DNA of 59,420 bases from Phoronis australis (GCA_002633005.1 NMRA01000688.1:131104-190523); one strand, 5' to 3'; counted from the first letter of the stretch, positions 1-12,941 are shown. Numbers and translations are program-made. The notes: generated from the letters alone by a model not told the origin.

Positions 1-2806
1 TTTTTTTATTTTTTCATTGATAAAAAGTTCTTTAAATATACCAGAGTTCAAGTTTTGCAGACTACCTGGGATTGCCACTTTAATTTAAGTCCATGGTAAG
101 GGTATATACTTTAACTTGCTGTAATACTCTCACCAGGATCGAACACAAGTACGATTTTATATTTGATCTAGACTTAGTGAGAGATGGTGAATTCTTTCGG
201 ATTTTGCCACGTTTTCCTATTATCATCGCGTGTACCTCAATTTGGGTTACTTTTTGCGATTATAGAGCCAACATTTTAACGAGTACGTCTGATCCTCTTC
301 TGTGTGTGACGAGCATTCTGCCTTAGACAGATTTTTTTCATGTAGGCAAATTATTGTTCACTGCTTGGCATGAACGCACCCGGGGGGGCGGCTCGGGGGG
401 CTCAAACGAGCTCCCCACTTTGACAAATTGGGCAAAAAGGTCCGCCTCAGCGATACAAAAATCCGAGTAAACGAGACAAAAATCCACAAAGCCCACAGGA
501 ATTCGGCGCGGATGCACCGTCCGTAGGCCTGAACCTATTGGCCACGTTTTTTTTCTTAGTCTTCGTTCATTTTTTTCAGTAAAAGGTCCGCACACCAAAA
601 ATTAGAGCCCACCATATTTTAAGCTGGGCGCGCGCATTTTTGGCATATTTGAAACTCTTTCTTGTCTTTAATCCGTTTAATAACAAGAAGGTATAAAGTA
701 TCCTGGGTGCCAAAATCTAATGAAACAGGCACTGACATAACATAAAATGAATAACCAATTAGTGATTGCATGTGCTTCGGCTTCCACTAACCGTTTGATG
801 TTTTGACCGGGCCAACCGGGAATCATCCGACGATTAAGTCACCATTTGGAATTCATACAATAATTCCGTTGGTCCAATGTCCACATTCGTGGACAGCTTA
901 GCAAGTGCCACCAACTTTAGGAAATTCTGCCATGAGATACTTTTTGTTTGTTAGTCGTCTTCAGGACATTATTTGTGACAATTTACACAGAGAATGCGTG
1001 AGACATTATTAACCCAAATGAGCCAATCCGGTTTTTGTTTATTCATTATTTATAGCTTTTATTTGAATGTGTAAGCTAAATACTTGTTCATTGAACTCAA
1101 TAAAAGTAAAATAATACTTGTTATGAACAATAAGGATAATAAACACCCCCTCAACAGGCTTCCTGTACATTTCAAGTAATTCAAGTTGAGAAAAACGTTA
1201 TATGCATCCCAAAATATGACTGAAGCTATGCAAGGTGACCTGACAGCTTAGGAATGCACTAGTGTCACAATTTTATAAATTGTTCTTTTTTCATGGTTGA
1301 ATGTGAGGTCTGTCATTAGGTAACTATAAAAATTCAAGTGTGGATCTCAAAAATGATAACAAAAATCCATTTATTTGCATCTTTTTAGTGGTTTTCTTGC
1401 TCCCAGAACTTGTTTTGGTTATATGTTCATGCATACTTCCCCCATATACTTGTTTAACAATATTGAAGTAAACAAGTCAGTTACACAGTGGTCATTCACA
1501 GACCAAGGGTCATGATCCATATGGCTGTAACTGTGTATTGCATGCTTCAACATCATAGTTCCTGGAATTCCTTGTACAGTAGTCTGTACCCTGCATGTCT
1601 TTGTTTATTTTATTTGAGCTGCATCCACTTCAAACATGCACTGAGACTGTTTCATACATGACAGTGGAGACATAACTAGGAGAAATAGATCGGAGACTTC
1701 AGTCACAAGACAGCACCAAAATACCCCCAAAACATTGAATTTACTATGTATGTACTACCAGTACCCAATGCTCTTCAATTAACTATTAGTAACATTTACA
1801 CATGCAATCACTAATTGGTTATTCGTTTCATGTCATGTCAGTGCCTGTTTCATTAGATTTTGGCACCCAGGATACTTTATACCTTTTTGGTATTAAATGG
1901 ATTAAAGACAAGAAAGAGTTTCAAATATGCCAAAAATGCACACACCAGCTTAAAATATGGTGGGCTCTAATTTTTGGTGTGCGGACCTTTTACTGAAAAA
2001 AATCAACGAAGACTAAGAAAATAACGTGGCCAATAGGTTCATACCTACGGACGGTGCATCCGCGCCGAATTCCTGTGGGATTTGTGGATTTTTGTCTCGT
2101 TTACTCGGATTTTTGTTTCGCTGAGGCGGACCTGTTTGCCCAATTTGTCAAACTGGGGAGCTCGTTTGAGCCCCCCGAGCCAACTCCCCCCCTGGGTGCA
2201 TTCATGCCAAGCAGTGAACAATAATTTGCCTACATGAAAAAAAATTCTATCTGAGGCAGAATGCTGACGTCACACACAGAAGGGGATCAGACGTACTCGT
2301 TAAAATGTTGGTTCTATAATCGTAAAAAGTAACCCAAATTGAGGTACACGCGATGATAATAAGAAAACGTGGCAAAATCCGAGAGAATTTACCATCTCTC
2401 ACTAAGTCTAGATCAAATATAAAATCATACTTGTGTTCGATCCTGGTGCGACTATTACAGCAAGTTAAAGTATATACCCTTACCATGGACTTAAATTAAA
2501 ATGGCAATCCCGGGCAGTCTGCAAAACTTGAACTCTGATATTTTTAAAGAACTTTCTATCAATGAAAAAATATAAAACAGTTTTGTTGTGGTAAAAAGCT
2601 CATTTAGTCCGTAAAATTTAAACGAACTAAACAGAAAGGAAAGATCAAAATTTAAAAAAAAACAACGCTTTACCAATGTTTGCATATATCTGAGATTAAA
2701 AAAAACTGTTTAATAAGCTTTAAAATCTTACTGTTGAAGAAAAAGAATACCCTACTCTATATGAAACGTGAATCACTCAGATTATCCACTCATAAAAATA
2801 AGCCCC
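1..2806. mobile_element. Foldback-type non-autonomous DNA element with very long inverted repeats (left end lies outside the window), possibly Kolobok-like
   Basis: 1-774 is the reverse complement of 1799-~2577, giving mirror ORFs 93..326(+) and 2247..2486(-). The spacer is ~1 kb. The putative right end ...AGCCCC is followed by TTAA at 2807-2810. Confidence 0.7.
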
Positions 2807-2899
2807 TTAAGACAGAGCCAGAATATTCTCATTAACATCTAACTTGCGCAGTACAACCGTGTAATGTTGTTATAACTTTTAATTTGTTTGAGTTTGTTT

Positions 2900-4560
2900 T
2901 GGTCCGTTGATCTTAATGTCATCACTCTAAAATCCCTCGGCCATATGTTGCTGCCAGGGATAACGTTTTTTCAAATTAGCGTTGTTGTTACTAAGTTGTT
3001 TCTTTATTGAATGCTGTCATGAAATCCATGTTCATTTTCAAATTACTTTTAAGGTAGCACATAGCATAGTACTATTTAGCTAACAGATTTCAGACCGTAA
3101 TTGTCTTTGTTAACTTGTTTTATTTTATAGGAGCAAGTCCCTTCCAGTATTCACACCATGTTTTGTTTATATCTGTAGTAAACAGTGACCTTCGGTTCAT
3201 TCATAAAGCATTGCAAGAGACAAGATGATCACATGTGGCAGAAAAAGTGGTAGTTGCTTTCTGTATGACTTCGCAGGAGTGATATCGGTTAAAATTCAAC
3301 AGAATGAAAAAATAATGAGCGTTACCTAAACAGGAACATTGGAGCTTACAATCACCAGCTGTGGGGACCCAAATCAGACTTAAAGTAAAATACGCAGAAT
3401 TTGACTGCTCGAAGGCAAACACATTTCCTTTATATGTGAGATACTATGGACATTTTGTTTTATAATATCGTTGTCAACTTCGTGTGGTTGAAAATATTCC
3501 TATACAGGTAACTGCTAAAAATTTCAGTGAATGAATGTGTTTGTGTAGTAAACCAAGTGAAAAATTATAATTCCGATATTCATGTGGCCTGCTGAACATC
3601 CATTGATTGTCCTAAAACTGATATCTGTGTATACACCAGTTTATAAGTGTTTGAGTATGTGGTTCCTACTCTAAATCACCTTGTTATGTTCGTTTCTGCA
3701 CTACTATACTTCTGTCATCAGTGAATGAATGATTATTGTTCTTCTGGATCCATGTTGTTTTAATTATTCTCAGCAGGTCTGCTGGATGTTAAAGTTTGAC
3801 AATGTGTTCAGTTCAAGCAACTTTGATTCTGTTGTCTCTCATTAGATGTTTGTCAGTTTTTCTTGAATAAACAGGTTGTGATGAAGAAAAATATTTGTTT
3901 TTATTATTTTACATAAGCTTAGTTGGTACTGAGCAGTGGCGGATCTACGTTTTTAGTAAGGGGGGCGGCAGGGTAGGATTTGCGCAAAGTTGAGGCCTCC
4001 CCACCCGTGTAAGATTTTTTTGTTTTTTAATATCTGATTTCGTTTTCCTGGCAACTGTTTTTTTTATTTTTTTTATTTTTAATCGTGTCCCTGGGGGAGG
4101 GTTGAATCCCATGAACCCCCTCCCCGTAGATCCGCCTCTGCAGTAAAACTACTGTATAAGTGGTACTTGAATTCATCGTTATCTCTTGGACCTTACTGGG
4201 TTCTGGTTTTATCTGTAGGCTTTGAAGTTTTTTTCGTTCACGTAGGACAATGCTTTGATTAACATCTGCATAAAAATACTGAGATTCTGAGTGTATTGTT
4301 AAAATAGGTATTTCGGGTCTTCAGTTGTCTCACTGATTCAGCTATATAATTTCTAGCTGCTGTTCACGTTACCACAGAAAGATTGCCATTGCTATAAACT
4401 GTGTGTCAGTTTGAGCCATATCCCTCAAATTGTTTATTCAATGCAACTCTTGGAAAGTAGTTCTATCCAGTCAGTTGTGGTTTTCAGTATGGGTCTGATG
4501 TGTCTGTCAGCAATTAGCCTGGTGTTTATTGTAGTTAGATATTGTTTATGATAAGGGCCT
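2900..4560 (-). mobile_element. Highly decayed Penelope-like retroelement RT remnant
   Basis: Minus-strand fragments NGNLSVVT*TAARNYIAESVRQLKTRNTY (cf. PLE DKG..VV.....Y..E..RQL....Y), YTQIS..GQSM (cf. Y.Q..GTAMG) and LFTTDINKTWCEY (cf. LKFT.E.....+.FLD) occur in the expected order. Many stops and frameshifts. Confidence 0.45.
3934..4140. mobile_element. MITE with CAGTGGCGGATCTACG terminal inverted repeats
   Basis: TIRs cagtggcggatctacg / cgtagatccgcctctg (15/16 match). No clear TSD. Confidence 0.75.
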
Positions 4561-6375
4561 GAAAATTCTTAGACCAGGCGAACTTTCGTCATGTAAACAC
4601 TGAAAATTGCATTCTCCTCAGCTTCTCACTTCCATGGCACATCTTTGCGCGTCAAATGGCTCAGAGGAGCAATCAAGGTAGACAAGGTCGGAATGAACTA
4701 TCCGTAAAATTGAACAGATCCAAGATTATACGCGTCAGCCAAATCCATTTTCGTGAAATAAAAGCCGCCGCTGAGCTTTCGCATAAGATCTCCAGGCAGG
4801 GGTAGCGGATGACGATGAGTTTCAAGCTGAGGACTTATCGTTATTGAGTAATCTCCGCATACTCTTAATTTCCGTTTACTTTGGCCAGGAAGCGGTGCTT
4901 CTCTTATAGGGACAACTGGTGTTCCATAGTCAATGAATTGTGTAGGTTCCCAAATTCCACGTTTAATACCAGCTTCATATGCCATATTCAAGTCATCCAG
5001 TAATGCAAAAGGTACTGTGCGAGGTTTGCAAAAAATTGGTTGGGCATCAGGCTTGAATTTTACATCTAATTCGAACCCTTTTAAACATCCCAGTTCAAGT
5101 TTGAATTGGTCTTGAAATTCATCGCAGATAATTTTGCACGCGTGCTGAAACTCTACATCACTTTTCTTGTCCTCATGACAAACAACACCAATTTTGGTTG
5201 TCATCACGCAAAATGGAATTCCTACAGAGTGCAGGGACATCAATCTTTAGCTGTCGAACTGCCGTTCGGCCAACAATATTCAAATCGTGTTTGCTTACTA
5301 CTAATTCAACGTTAGCTGTATGCTGCGAATCGGACTGTAATGTTGCGTTTGTACTGAAAATTCCCAAAACTGGTAATGGTTTTTAATTTGCCGTGAAATA
5401 CTGACTGTGTGATGGAGATAAAACAGGTTTTCCAAGTTTAAACCAAACCTTCTCCGAAATGAAATTGTCCGGTGGTCCAGTACCTACGTCAAATGTCTGT
5501 TTTTTGCCGCATATGTGAACAACAATCTGATATGGATCTCAATCCGAAATGTGATTAACTTTCTGTTCTGGCCTTGCTATTTCTTTTGCTTAGACATACA
5601 GCCTCTATATGAACTGTCTTGTGACAGAAACGGCATTCAGTTTCTTTAAAACGACAATCCATTGCTGCGTGGTCTTTTTTCCACAACGGGGACATGTTCC
5701 CTTTGGAAAATTCCTAAACTTCTGTGCTTTGCCCTGTCTGCTTTCTTCCCTCCTTTCCTTTTGTAACTTAAGCACTGGATCTCCGTAAACCGTTTCTTTT
5801 GCAACTTTGGACGCCTCTTCAATTTCTGTTGCTATTTTTATGGCTTTCTTAAAAGATAATTCGTCATCTTTTATTTTGAAAAGGGCTTTTAGGACCGCCT
5901 CATTATTAATTGAATCTAATTCTCATAGCTTCATCCTGAGGATCCTTTGTTGTTGGAAAATCGCATTTTGCAGCGTCTTCTCAAATACGAGCCGCTAGCT
6001 CCTGTATTGTCTCACCTAGATGTCTTCTTGTGTTAGACCAAAATTTAAATCGCTCCCGGACTACAAAATACTTCGAATCGAATTGATTCTCCATAGATGT
6101 TGTAATTTCATTGATTGTCAATTGATTGATATCCTTGGAAGGTGTCTGCTGCTCTACCAAAGTTGCAAGCAACTTATAAAGTGTAGACGTCTGATTTGTC
6201 AAGAGTTCCACTGAACTGTCGAATGCACCAAAAGTTGGCGTAGATGTCGTTGGTTGGTGCATCAGCCTACTAGTGATCATCTCAGCAAAACGCTGATGAT
6301 TCTTTTGCTGTTGGTTGATTTGTTGTTGTAATTATATAACGAAATAATGCCAGCCAACGCATCCATCTTTTTTAT

Positions 6376-6393
6376 ATCCTGCCAACTACGCCA
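6376..6393 (-). other. Primer-binding site complementary to the tRNA-Ser 3' end
   Basis: The + strand reads ATCCTGCCAACTACGCCA, matching 17/18 of the conserved animal tRNA-Ser 3' end ATCCTGCCGACTACGCCA. It sits directly after the putative LTR. Confidence 0.8.
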
Positions 6394-6396
6394 AAA

Positions 6397-6500
6397 TATA
6401 TTAAGTTATATTTTTGTAATAGAAAGAAGCAGAAACGTATAAAAGAAATGTAAAATAAGAATGACGTCACAAAAGGATGACGTCATAGAGAACTATAACA
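6397..6500 (-). repeat. Short (~100 bp) 5' LTR of the Gypsy element
   Basis: On the minus strand it begins TGTTATAG and ends 3 nt before the PBS. No partner LTR was found. Confidence 0.55.
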
Positions 6501-9500
6501 TCACAACACATAAATCTCGGCATTATCCAATATATTTGTTGTACGACCGTGAGACATGCCACCCGGAGTGTAATACAGGAACTTGAAGTAAGCCGCGTGC
6601 ACTGTCCTGTACTGCACAGTGGTGTCAGGTCTCCCTATATTTATTCTCGGTACATTTTATTGGTCTTGTAATCTCATGAACTACCAAAACGTTGACGATA
6701 TTCCTAACATCAGTTTTACTCAGCTAAGAACAATAAACTAGCAACCCACGAAGACTGTCATCAGAAATATGTCACTGAATTGCCGCGGCAGCGATAACAT
6801 CCCCAACAAAATCAGTTTCATTTTAACGAAAACGCCGTTACGATTACATGAAATAGAACTATGCTGAGGACCAAGATATCTACAGAAAATTGCTACCCAT
6901 AATCGAGCTGTAGTTTTTACCGAAACGGATTTTCTGGACTCTCTTCTCCCGTTGTTTGCGTAAAATCAATGTTTTGTGATGATAATGGTAATTAAACATT
7001 CGGCGAAGAATTTCACATCGACTTTGTGGATGGGTCGGTGCTGATGAAATGGAAATGAATAAGGCAGACATGGCCCTATAGTGTACCTGGCTGTGATTGG
7101 GGACTTTGTTGCCTCGAAAAATGTTACCGGCGCGCGTTTACTACGTAAGCCAGCACTGCGTGTAATTACCAGTCGGCAACCGACTAGAGCGACGTCTTTC
7201 GTGAAAATGACCGTCGCGGCTACGGTGGCACTGAATAGTTAAGCTTCGGCCACGGCCAATTTGCACTATATTAAAATCTAGGGGTAGGCCAGGCTTGGGG
7301 GCATTTTTAGTTAGGTATTGTATGTAGGCCAAGTGAATGTGTTTTTTGCATTTGTGAACATGCTGAGAATGAAAAAGGCCACTTTCTCGGCTGTAGCTGC
7401 ACTCTTTTCAAAGATGGTGCCCCCCGTTGAAATTGTGCATTGCTGTGTAGCAACTGAGAAATTGGCCGCGATTTCAGGTAGCCCTCAAACAAGCCAGATA
7501 TGCAAAAAAAAAACTAGTTGGTTGGCAGTACTTTTGGACCACATTTTTGGAATCGGTAGGAAATTTGCTTTCGGAATCTAATGTTGGCTTTAGTCGAGCA
7601 TCGGCAGGGAAGTGGTGATTTTGGGGTAAAAAGTGCCGATTTTGCATTTTTTGCCCTTATTTTTCTTAGTTCAGCTTGGTTTCCACTGGGAGTGAAAGGG
7701 TCAAAAATACAAGAGAGAATAAAATTTCTGTGCTCATCTGCAGGGCTTGTGATGTGAAATGACTGAAAACATTTCGTTATTTACATGCAATTTTTTGGCA
7801 GAGTGAAGAAAGGGTGAAGAGTGCATTGACGTGTCAAACCCCTATGAGAACTGTTCAGATTCCGATACTACGCCATCTTAGGGATATCGTATTCGTAGTA
7901 ATGTCAGCCTCGTCCCCAAGCCTCAAGATGACGCTAATCGGTTTATCCATTTGAAGCTTCAGTTGGTTAATGGTAACGTATGATTTGTTCATAACCTATA
8001 TATATTTATTACACGGCGTGAAAATGGAAGTACACGAAAACTATATGGAGTCAGCAACAATGGACCGAATATGATAAATCGAACATGTGCATCATCTTCC
8101 GGGTCCTCCTCTGAAATCCCTAGTGGTTTCATTGTCGCCCAGCAAACGAAGACGAACATATATAATCTGGAGTCATTATTATCCCTCAAGCATGCATATA
8201 GCAGTTATCAAACAAAACAGGGTCTGCGACAGGGCATGGTGGTCCGTTTGACATTTCCCGGATGAGGGTTCCATTGATAAAATCAACTGTGGAAGGCTGT
8301 GTAGGGCAAGATTGTGATCCTAAAGAGTAATTATAGCTCCTCCTAATCAAAATTGTCTACGGGAGCGGAAAATGTGTCAAAGACCTGCGGCGGTCGAGTT
8401 CGCCTTGGGTCATCGAAAAGTTTATACTCAGAACGCAGGCAGCTTGTTTGTGTTTATAACACTGGCCTAATAGCGCAGTAGGCGTTTTATTAGCCGTACT
8501 GCCGTTCAGGTTCCCTTCAAAGCGTCCGATTAGTAGGCTAACAGGTAGTGCAATTGGTTCACAAGTCTGCGCCTCCCTGTTTAAATAAAACAAACGCCCC
8601 CTGCAGCACTATCAATTGCGAAGTTCTATTTTAAAAAAGCTGACACAAATGTATTTATTGAGGTGTTTTTCAATAGAGTGGCTTTACAACAATCGCTTTC
8701 TTATAACCATGGTAGGATTTGGACAAGAGGTGTGGTATTGAGACGCACGGTCAGCTCCGCGGTCTCCCCGCCGGCCCTGTCGAACGCAAGGGCATACTAG
8801 TCAATTGCCGTACTTTTCCTTGTGGTCGATCGGAGTACACTAGCCAACCACGTCACTGAAGGGTAAAATCTCATACCAAGGCACTTCAGCTCATAACTGG
8901 TACTTTTTTAAATGTGCAACTAAAAATTTACGCGCCATGGTATCAGGCCAAAAATACCATAGCAAGTAAGAGCGATACCGGTTTAATCAATTTCACGTCA
9001 AAACTGTGTGTCTATTTGTTTAGGTAACTGGATATTCCGTCTCTTGATTTCAAATTAAATTCAGAGGAAATGGTGTAAGCATTTCACTACTATCTTTTGA
9101 AATGTGCAAATGTAAGTGGACTGAAATTTGGTGTAGACCCCATTGAGCTATATTGGCGCTTAAAAATGAGATGATTATGAGCTTCGACTGATTGTGACCA
9201 AGGCAGCCGGGAAATGACCAATGAAAATTAATGGGCGTCAGCGTTTTAGCCTCTTCTCGACCCTACGTAGTTACTAGGTCATTTGATCGCTATATCAGAT
9301 AACTTCGCCATAATGGAATATGCTATAAGGACATGACAGGTGGAAGAAGGGCTTCAATCAAAATTCATAATTAACTTGTTACGAGTCGGTGACATGAGCA
9401 CATTACATTACGTATTATCTGTTGTTCTCGTCTTTTCCGAAATAGCGCTCCAAAAATGTGAATATCTTGTTAACCTAAACAGTTTAATACCACTAAATGG

Positions 9501-10656
9501 ACTACACGGAAAACTCGTTCTAAAGTATTAGTTCAAGGTTACCATCTGTCTGGTGCCGACATCGGTATTTGCAACTCAGTAATAGAAAGCATGGTTTGTT
9601 TAGAAATAAGTAATGGGGCGCATAAAAAGGCGAAACTGAGACGCCCTAATTCCATATGTTTATTGGTAGGCTAGGGACGTTTTTAACGTGCTTCAATCAA
9701 GCATATTTATGCTGAGTGGTTGTCAATGCGTCCTCACGACATGCTCACGGCTAGAGGTCTGGGTCACGGCATTGATCTTCAAGCAAAAATCTTGGCCGGA
9801 AAATCGGACAAGATAAGAAAAGTTCATGCGTAGTAACTTGGTAAAGACAACTCATGTGCACAAGATTGGTGGCATGCGGCGCTGGCCGTCGAACAGTGGG
9901 GCTGGAATTCGGTGCCTACTGAGGAGTGCAATTGGTGGCCACCTAGGAAAAAGTCTCACCAAGCTAATTTTCGGGCAAAATTACATGATGTGTCCCCTCA
10001 ACAGTCATGTCCAGGTACACCTACGGGGAACATGGTGCACTTTAAACCGACTTTGAATCCATACTTTTGGGCAAAAACAAGTTGATTTAGGCCACTTATC
10101 GTCATAAAAGTGTTCCTCACTCAGTTTAGAAACAATATCTGGAATCGGGAAGAATTGACGGCTAGATATTTCTTTACACCAAGCTTATAAATGTTTTTGT
10201 CAGCAAGCACGGATTTTATGCTGTATATATTAATAGCGAATATTGATCTGTTTTGATTTCGCGTTTGTTCGAAAAACTAAATCAAGTTCTTAAGACATGC
10301 GAGTTTACGCTTTTTGTAGCGTGACAATGACGGAATTGCCATTTTTGAATTTCATAGGCGGTTTGTATGTCGTTTAAACCGTCTCAAATCTCAATTTAAG
10401 GTTGTAGATTTTCGGGCAACAACAGCGCACGTAGTCTTGCATTGAAATGTGTTGATATGGGGGCCGACGTCCCCTTTTTGAGACCGCGTCCTCAATACCC
10501 AGTATGCTTTCCTGTACGACGAATACTGCGCCGAAAAATCATCCCTTGGGCCTATTTAAGAATGCCATTGTGAAGTTACTATTTTATAACATCTGCCTCA
10601 TCTGTTCGAACGCTTACGTTATTTGTCACCTGGGTAGGTCACAAAAACAACATTCC

Positions 10657-10915
10657 ATGGCAGAGTCATGTGGAAAAACCTCGTGCGTTGGTGGTCGTGG
10701 ACACGGGGTTTTTTTAGGTTACCGAAGAAATCGACAATGACTCGGAAATTCGGACTGATGTTTCTGACCAAACTCTGTGGCAAAGTGCACGTTTTAGGAT
10801 TGGTGGATCGGAAATGTTGGTCATCATTTGTCAACCATTTTCAAAGTCGGGAGGATTTCAAGAGTTTAACCATACCAACAACTACGAGGATTTTGATGTC
10901 TCGCGTAATTATGAA
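10657..10915 (+). pseudogene. Decayed THAP-domain fragment (DNA transposon derived)
   Basis: Across frames: M..SCGKTSCVGG..GV / FFRLPKK / IC.NHF..EDF / RIL...VI, in the order of the THAP C2CH signature. Confidence 0.4.
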
Positions 10916-11015
10916 ATGGAACGTTTTTACAATTGTATTGAATCTTGCTCTTTTCTCATCTTCGTCTTACACAAACAAAGCACAACAATTCGTGTTCGTA
11001 TTCGATTACAATGGT

Positions 11016-11290
11016 AATAGTAGTAGGGGTGGTGGTGGTGGTGGCGGTGATGGTGGTGGTGGTGGTGGTGGTGACGGTAGCGGAAGCAGAAGCAGCAGTA
11101 GTAGTAGTCAGTCAGTGACCATGGCCCCCTTAAAATTCTCCCATATTCCATTTGGCACTTTGGGGGTGCGAATGTCTGACATGCAAAATCCTCTGACAAA
11201 TACTCTGCCCTGCCCTCCCCCAACTCAAAATCCTGAGTTCGCCCCTGGTAGTAGTAGTACTAGAACCAGTAGTAGTAGAAGTAGTAGTAC

Positions 11291-11347
<57 letters not shown>

Positions 11348-11545
11348 TAGTAGTAGTAGCAGTAGTAGTAGTACTAGTAGTAGTAGTAGCAGCAGTAGCA
11401 GCAACAGCAACAGCAGCAGCAGTAGTAGTAAGTAGTGGTAGTGGTAGTGGTAGTAGANTAGAAGAGGCAGTAGCAGTGGCGGCAGTGATGGTGCTAATAA
11501 TTCACTTGGTGGTGCATCAATGGTGGTGGAGAGTTGTAGTAGTTT
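11016..11545. repeat. Compound (GGT)n/(AGT)n/(AGC)n microsatellite with an embedded MITE fragment (~11109-11247)
   Basis: Trinucleotide arrays are directly visible. The embedded segment ends ...GTTCGCCCCTG, a CAGGGGCG-type terminus. Single N at 11458. Confidence 0.9.
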
Positions 11546-11867
11546 GCTATTTATTTTTGTTATATTATACGTGAACACAGTATGCGAGAGAGGGAAACTC
11601 AACGTTACAAACTTTGTGCACTTTAAGACTACAACAACCTAGTTACCTCGTGCCAGACATCTAGTCCGTCTCCAACGTGTGGAATTTCGATTATGTTCCA
11701 TCCTTGTTTTCGAAGCATTAATTTGTTTTTAACATCTCTTGGCAACCCATCGGATACCGCAGACAGCGAAGCAATTCAAACCCACGTAATTCAGACGGAC
11801 AGCTATGGACTCACGAAAACTGCATGCTTTGCCTGTGACCTCTGCTGTGAAATCGTTCCCTGCTTCT

Positions 11868-11930
11868 TGATTGGTCGATAAAATTCTTGAAATATGGTAT
11901 AAAGCGACAGTCAGTTACGCTTGTTCATAA
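11868..11930 (+). promoter_or_regulatory. Putative core promoter of VWA gene A
   Basis: ATTGG (reverse CCAAT) at ~11870 and TATAAA at 11898-11903, followed by a strong donor AG|GTAAGT at 11977. The region aligns with the upstream region of paralog B. Confidence 0.5.
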
Positions 11931-12057
11931 TTAGCGTGTAAACATCACGAAAACAGACTGTCGTTTCATGAACTAGGTAAGTAGGTTTTTTAGCATTATT
12001 TAAGGTTTAGGTCCTGCTAAATCGACTGAGTGTCATTCCATGCATAATTTTGTTCAG

Positions 12058-12128
12058 ACCGCGTGAACTAATGTAGAGTGGAGATTTTGTTTTTCAAATT
12101 TCAGTTTTAGAAGAGATCTTAGTTGCAG
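12058..12128 (+). other. Putative non-coding 5'UTR exon of VWA gene A
   Basis: ttttgttcag| ... cag|gtaagact. Homologous to 32668-32736 in gene B, which has the same donor. Confidence 0.55.
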
Positions 12129-12444
12129 GTAAGACTAAAGACTATTATTTTTTTTTTTTTTACTTAATTTAATGTTATATCTGTCCTGGAATAACAATTG
12201 CGAGATCAGTTTAATCAAGAGGTATGTCTTCCATCTAATTGCGAGATCAGTTTAATAGTTTAATCAAGAGGTATGTCTTCCATCTAATTTCAAAAATATG
12301 GACCAAACTTAATTGCTGCTTTGATCATACTAAAACCGTTTTTAGAGATAATTGAATCTTACTTTGTGAAACAAGAATGTGTTTTAAGTGTAATGTGTTG
12401 AGTTTTGGAGAAAAAAAATGTGAATTTTTAGGACGTAAATGATG

Positions 12445-12630
12445 GTTCTCTCTTGCACTCTGTCCGTTCGGTATGTGGCGGACTTGGGTCGTTAGAAGGA
12501 TCCCAGTGTGGACACTACCCCGTTCACCATGACTGTGTCTCTCGTGCACTCTGCCCGTTCGGTATGTGGCGGACTTGTGTCGTTAGAAGGGTCCGAGTGC
12601 GGACAATACCAGTGCACCATGGCTGTCTCT
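12445..12630. repeat. Two-copy 91-bp tandem repeat
   Basis: tgcactctg(t/c)ccgttcggtatgtggcggacttg(g/t)gtcgttagaagg... starts at 12454 and at 12545. Confidence 0.85.
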
Positions 12631-12914
12631 CTCTCTCCTGTGCTCCAATCACTCAATTATTTGATGCACAATTTGAGTAAAAATATCCATTTTTTAAGAC
12701 TATGTCCCAACCAGCACTCAAGCTGACCATTGGGCCCTGTTATTTTAACTTGACCACGAGTTACTTGCGAACGTCAATGATTAGCAATTAACTCAAGCTG
12801 GCAAACCCCGTTTGAAAAACTCAAAATGTTGTCCTATGTAGCTCGTTAGGCATATTTTTGTGAGTTTCGTCTTCTACCTAATTTTCCAGGTGCCCCCTTA
12901 ACACCATCAAGAAC

Positions 12915-12941
12915 ATGAGGTCCTTCGTTTTACTGTGCATG
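12915..12941 (+). CDS. Gene A coding exon 1 (MRSFVLLCM), GC donor
   Basis: Acceptor ttttccag| at 12889, ATG at 12915, donor |GCAAGT at 12942. Matches paralog exon 33682-33708. Confidence 0.75.

Larger units (their letters stand above)
4590..6500 (-). mobile_element. Truncated, internally deleted Ty3/Gypsy LTR retrotransposon (5' LTR, PBS, gag, protease, partial RT)
   Basis: gag remnant (..ERFKFW..ETIQELAARI) and two CCHC knuckles at ~5590-5697. Decayed protease FDVGTG..DNFISE at ~5455-5500. RT motifs PVVPI..LRVCGDY..P..P..LMRKL.GG.YFTKMDLADAYN. Multiple frameshifts. Confidence 0.9.

Noticed and set aside
93-326. Duplicated 77/79-aa ORF (also 2247-2486)
   Set aside because: By-product of the inverted repeat, with no recognisable protein features.
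10668-11602. Gly/Ser-rich 255-aa ORF and poly-Leu/poly-His ORFs
   Set aside because: Stop-free frames through microsatellites, with no splice or codon evidence.
12196-12290. ~41-49-bp local duplication
   Set aside because: Ordinary slippage duplication in an intron.
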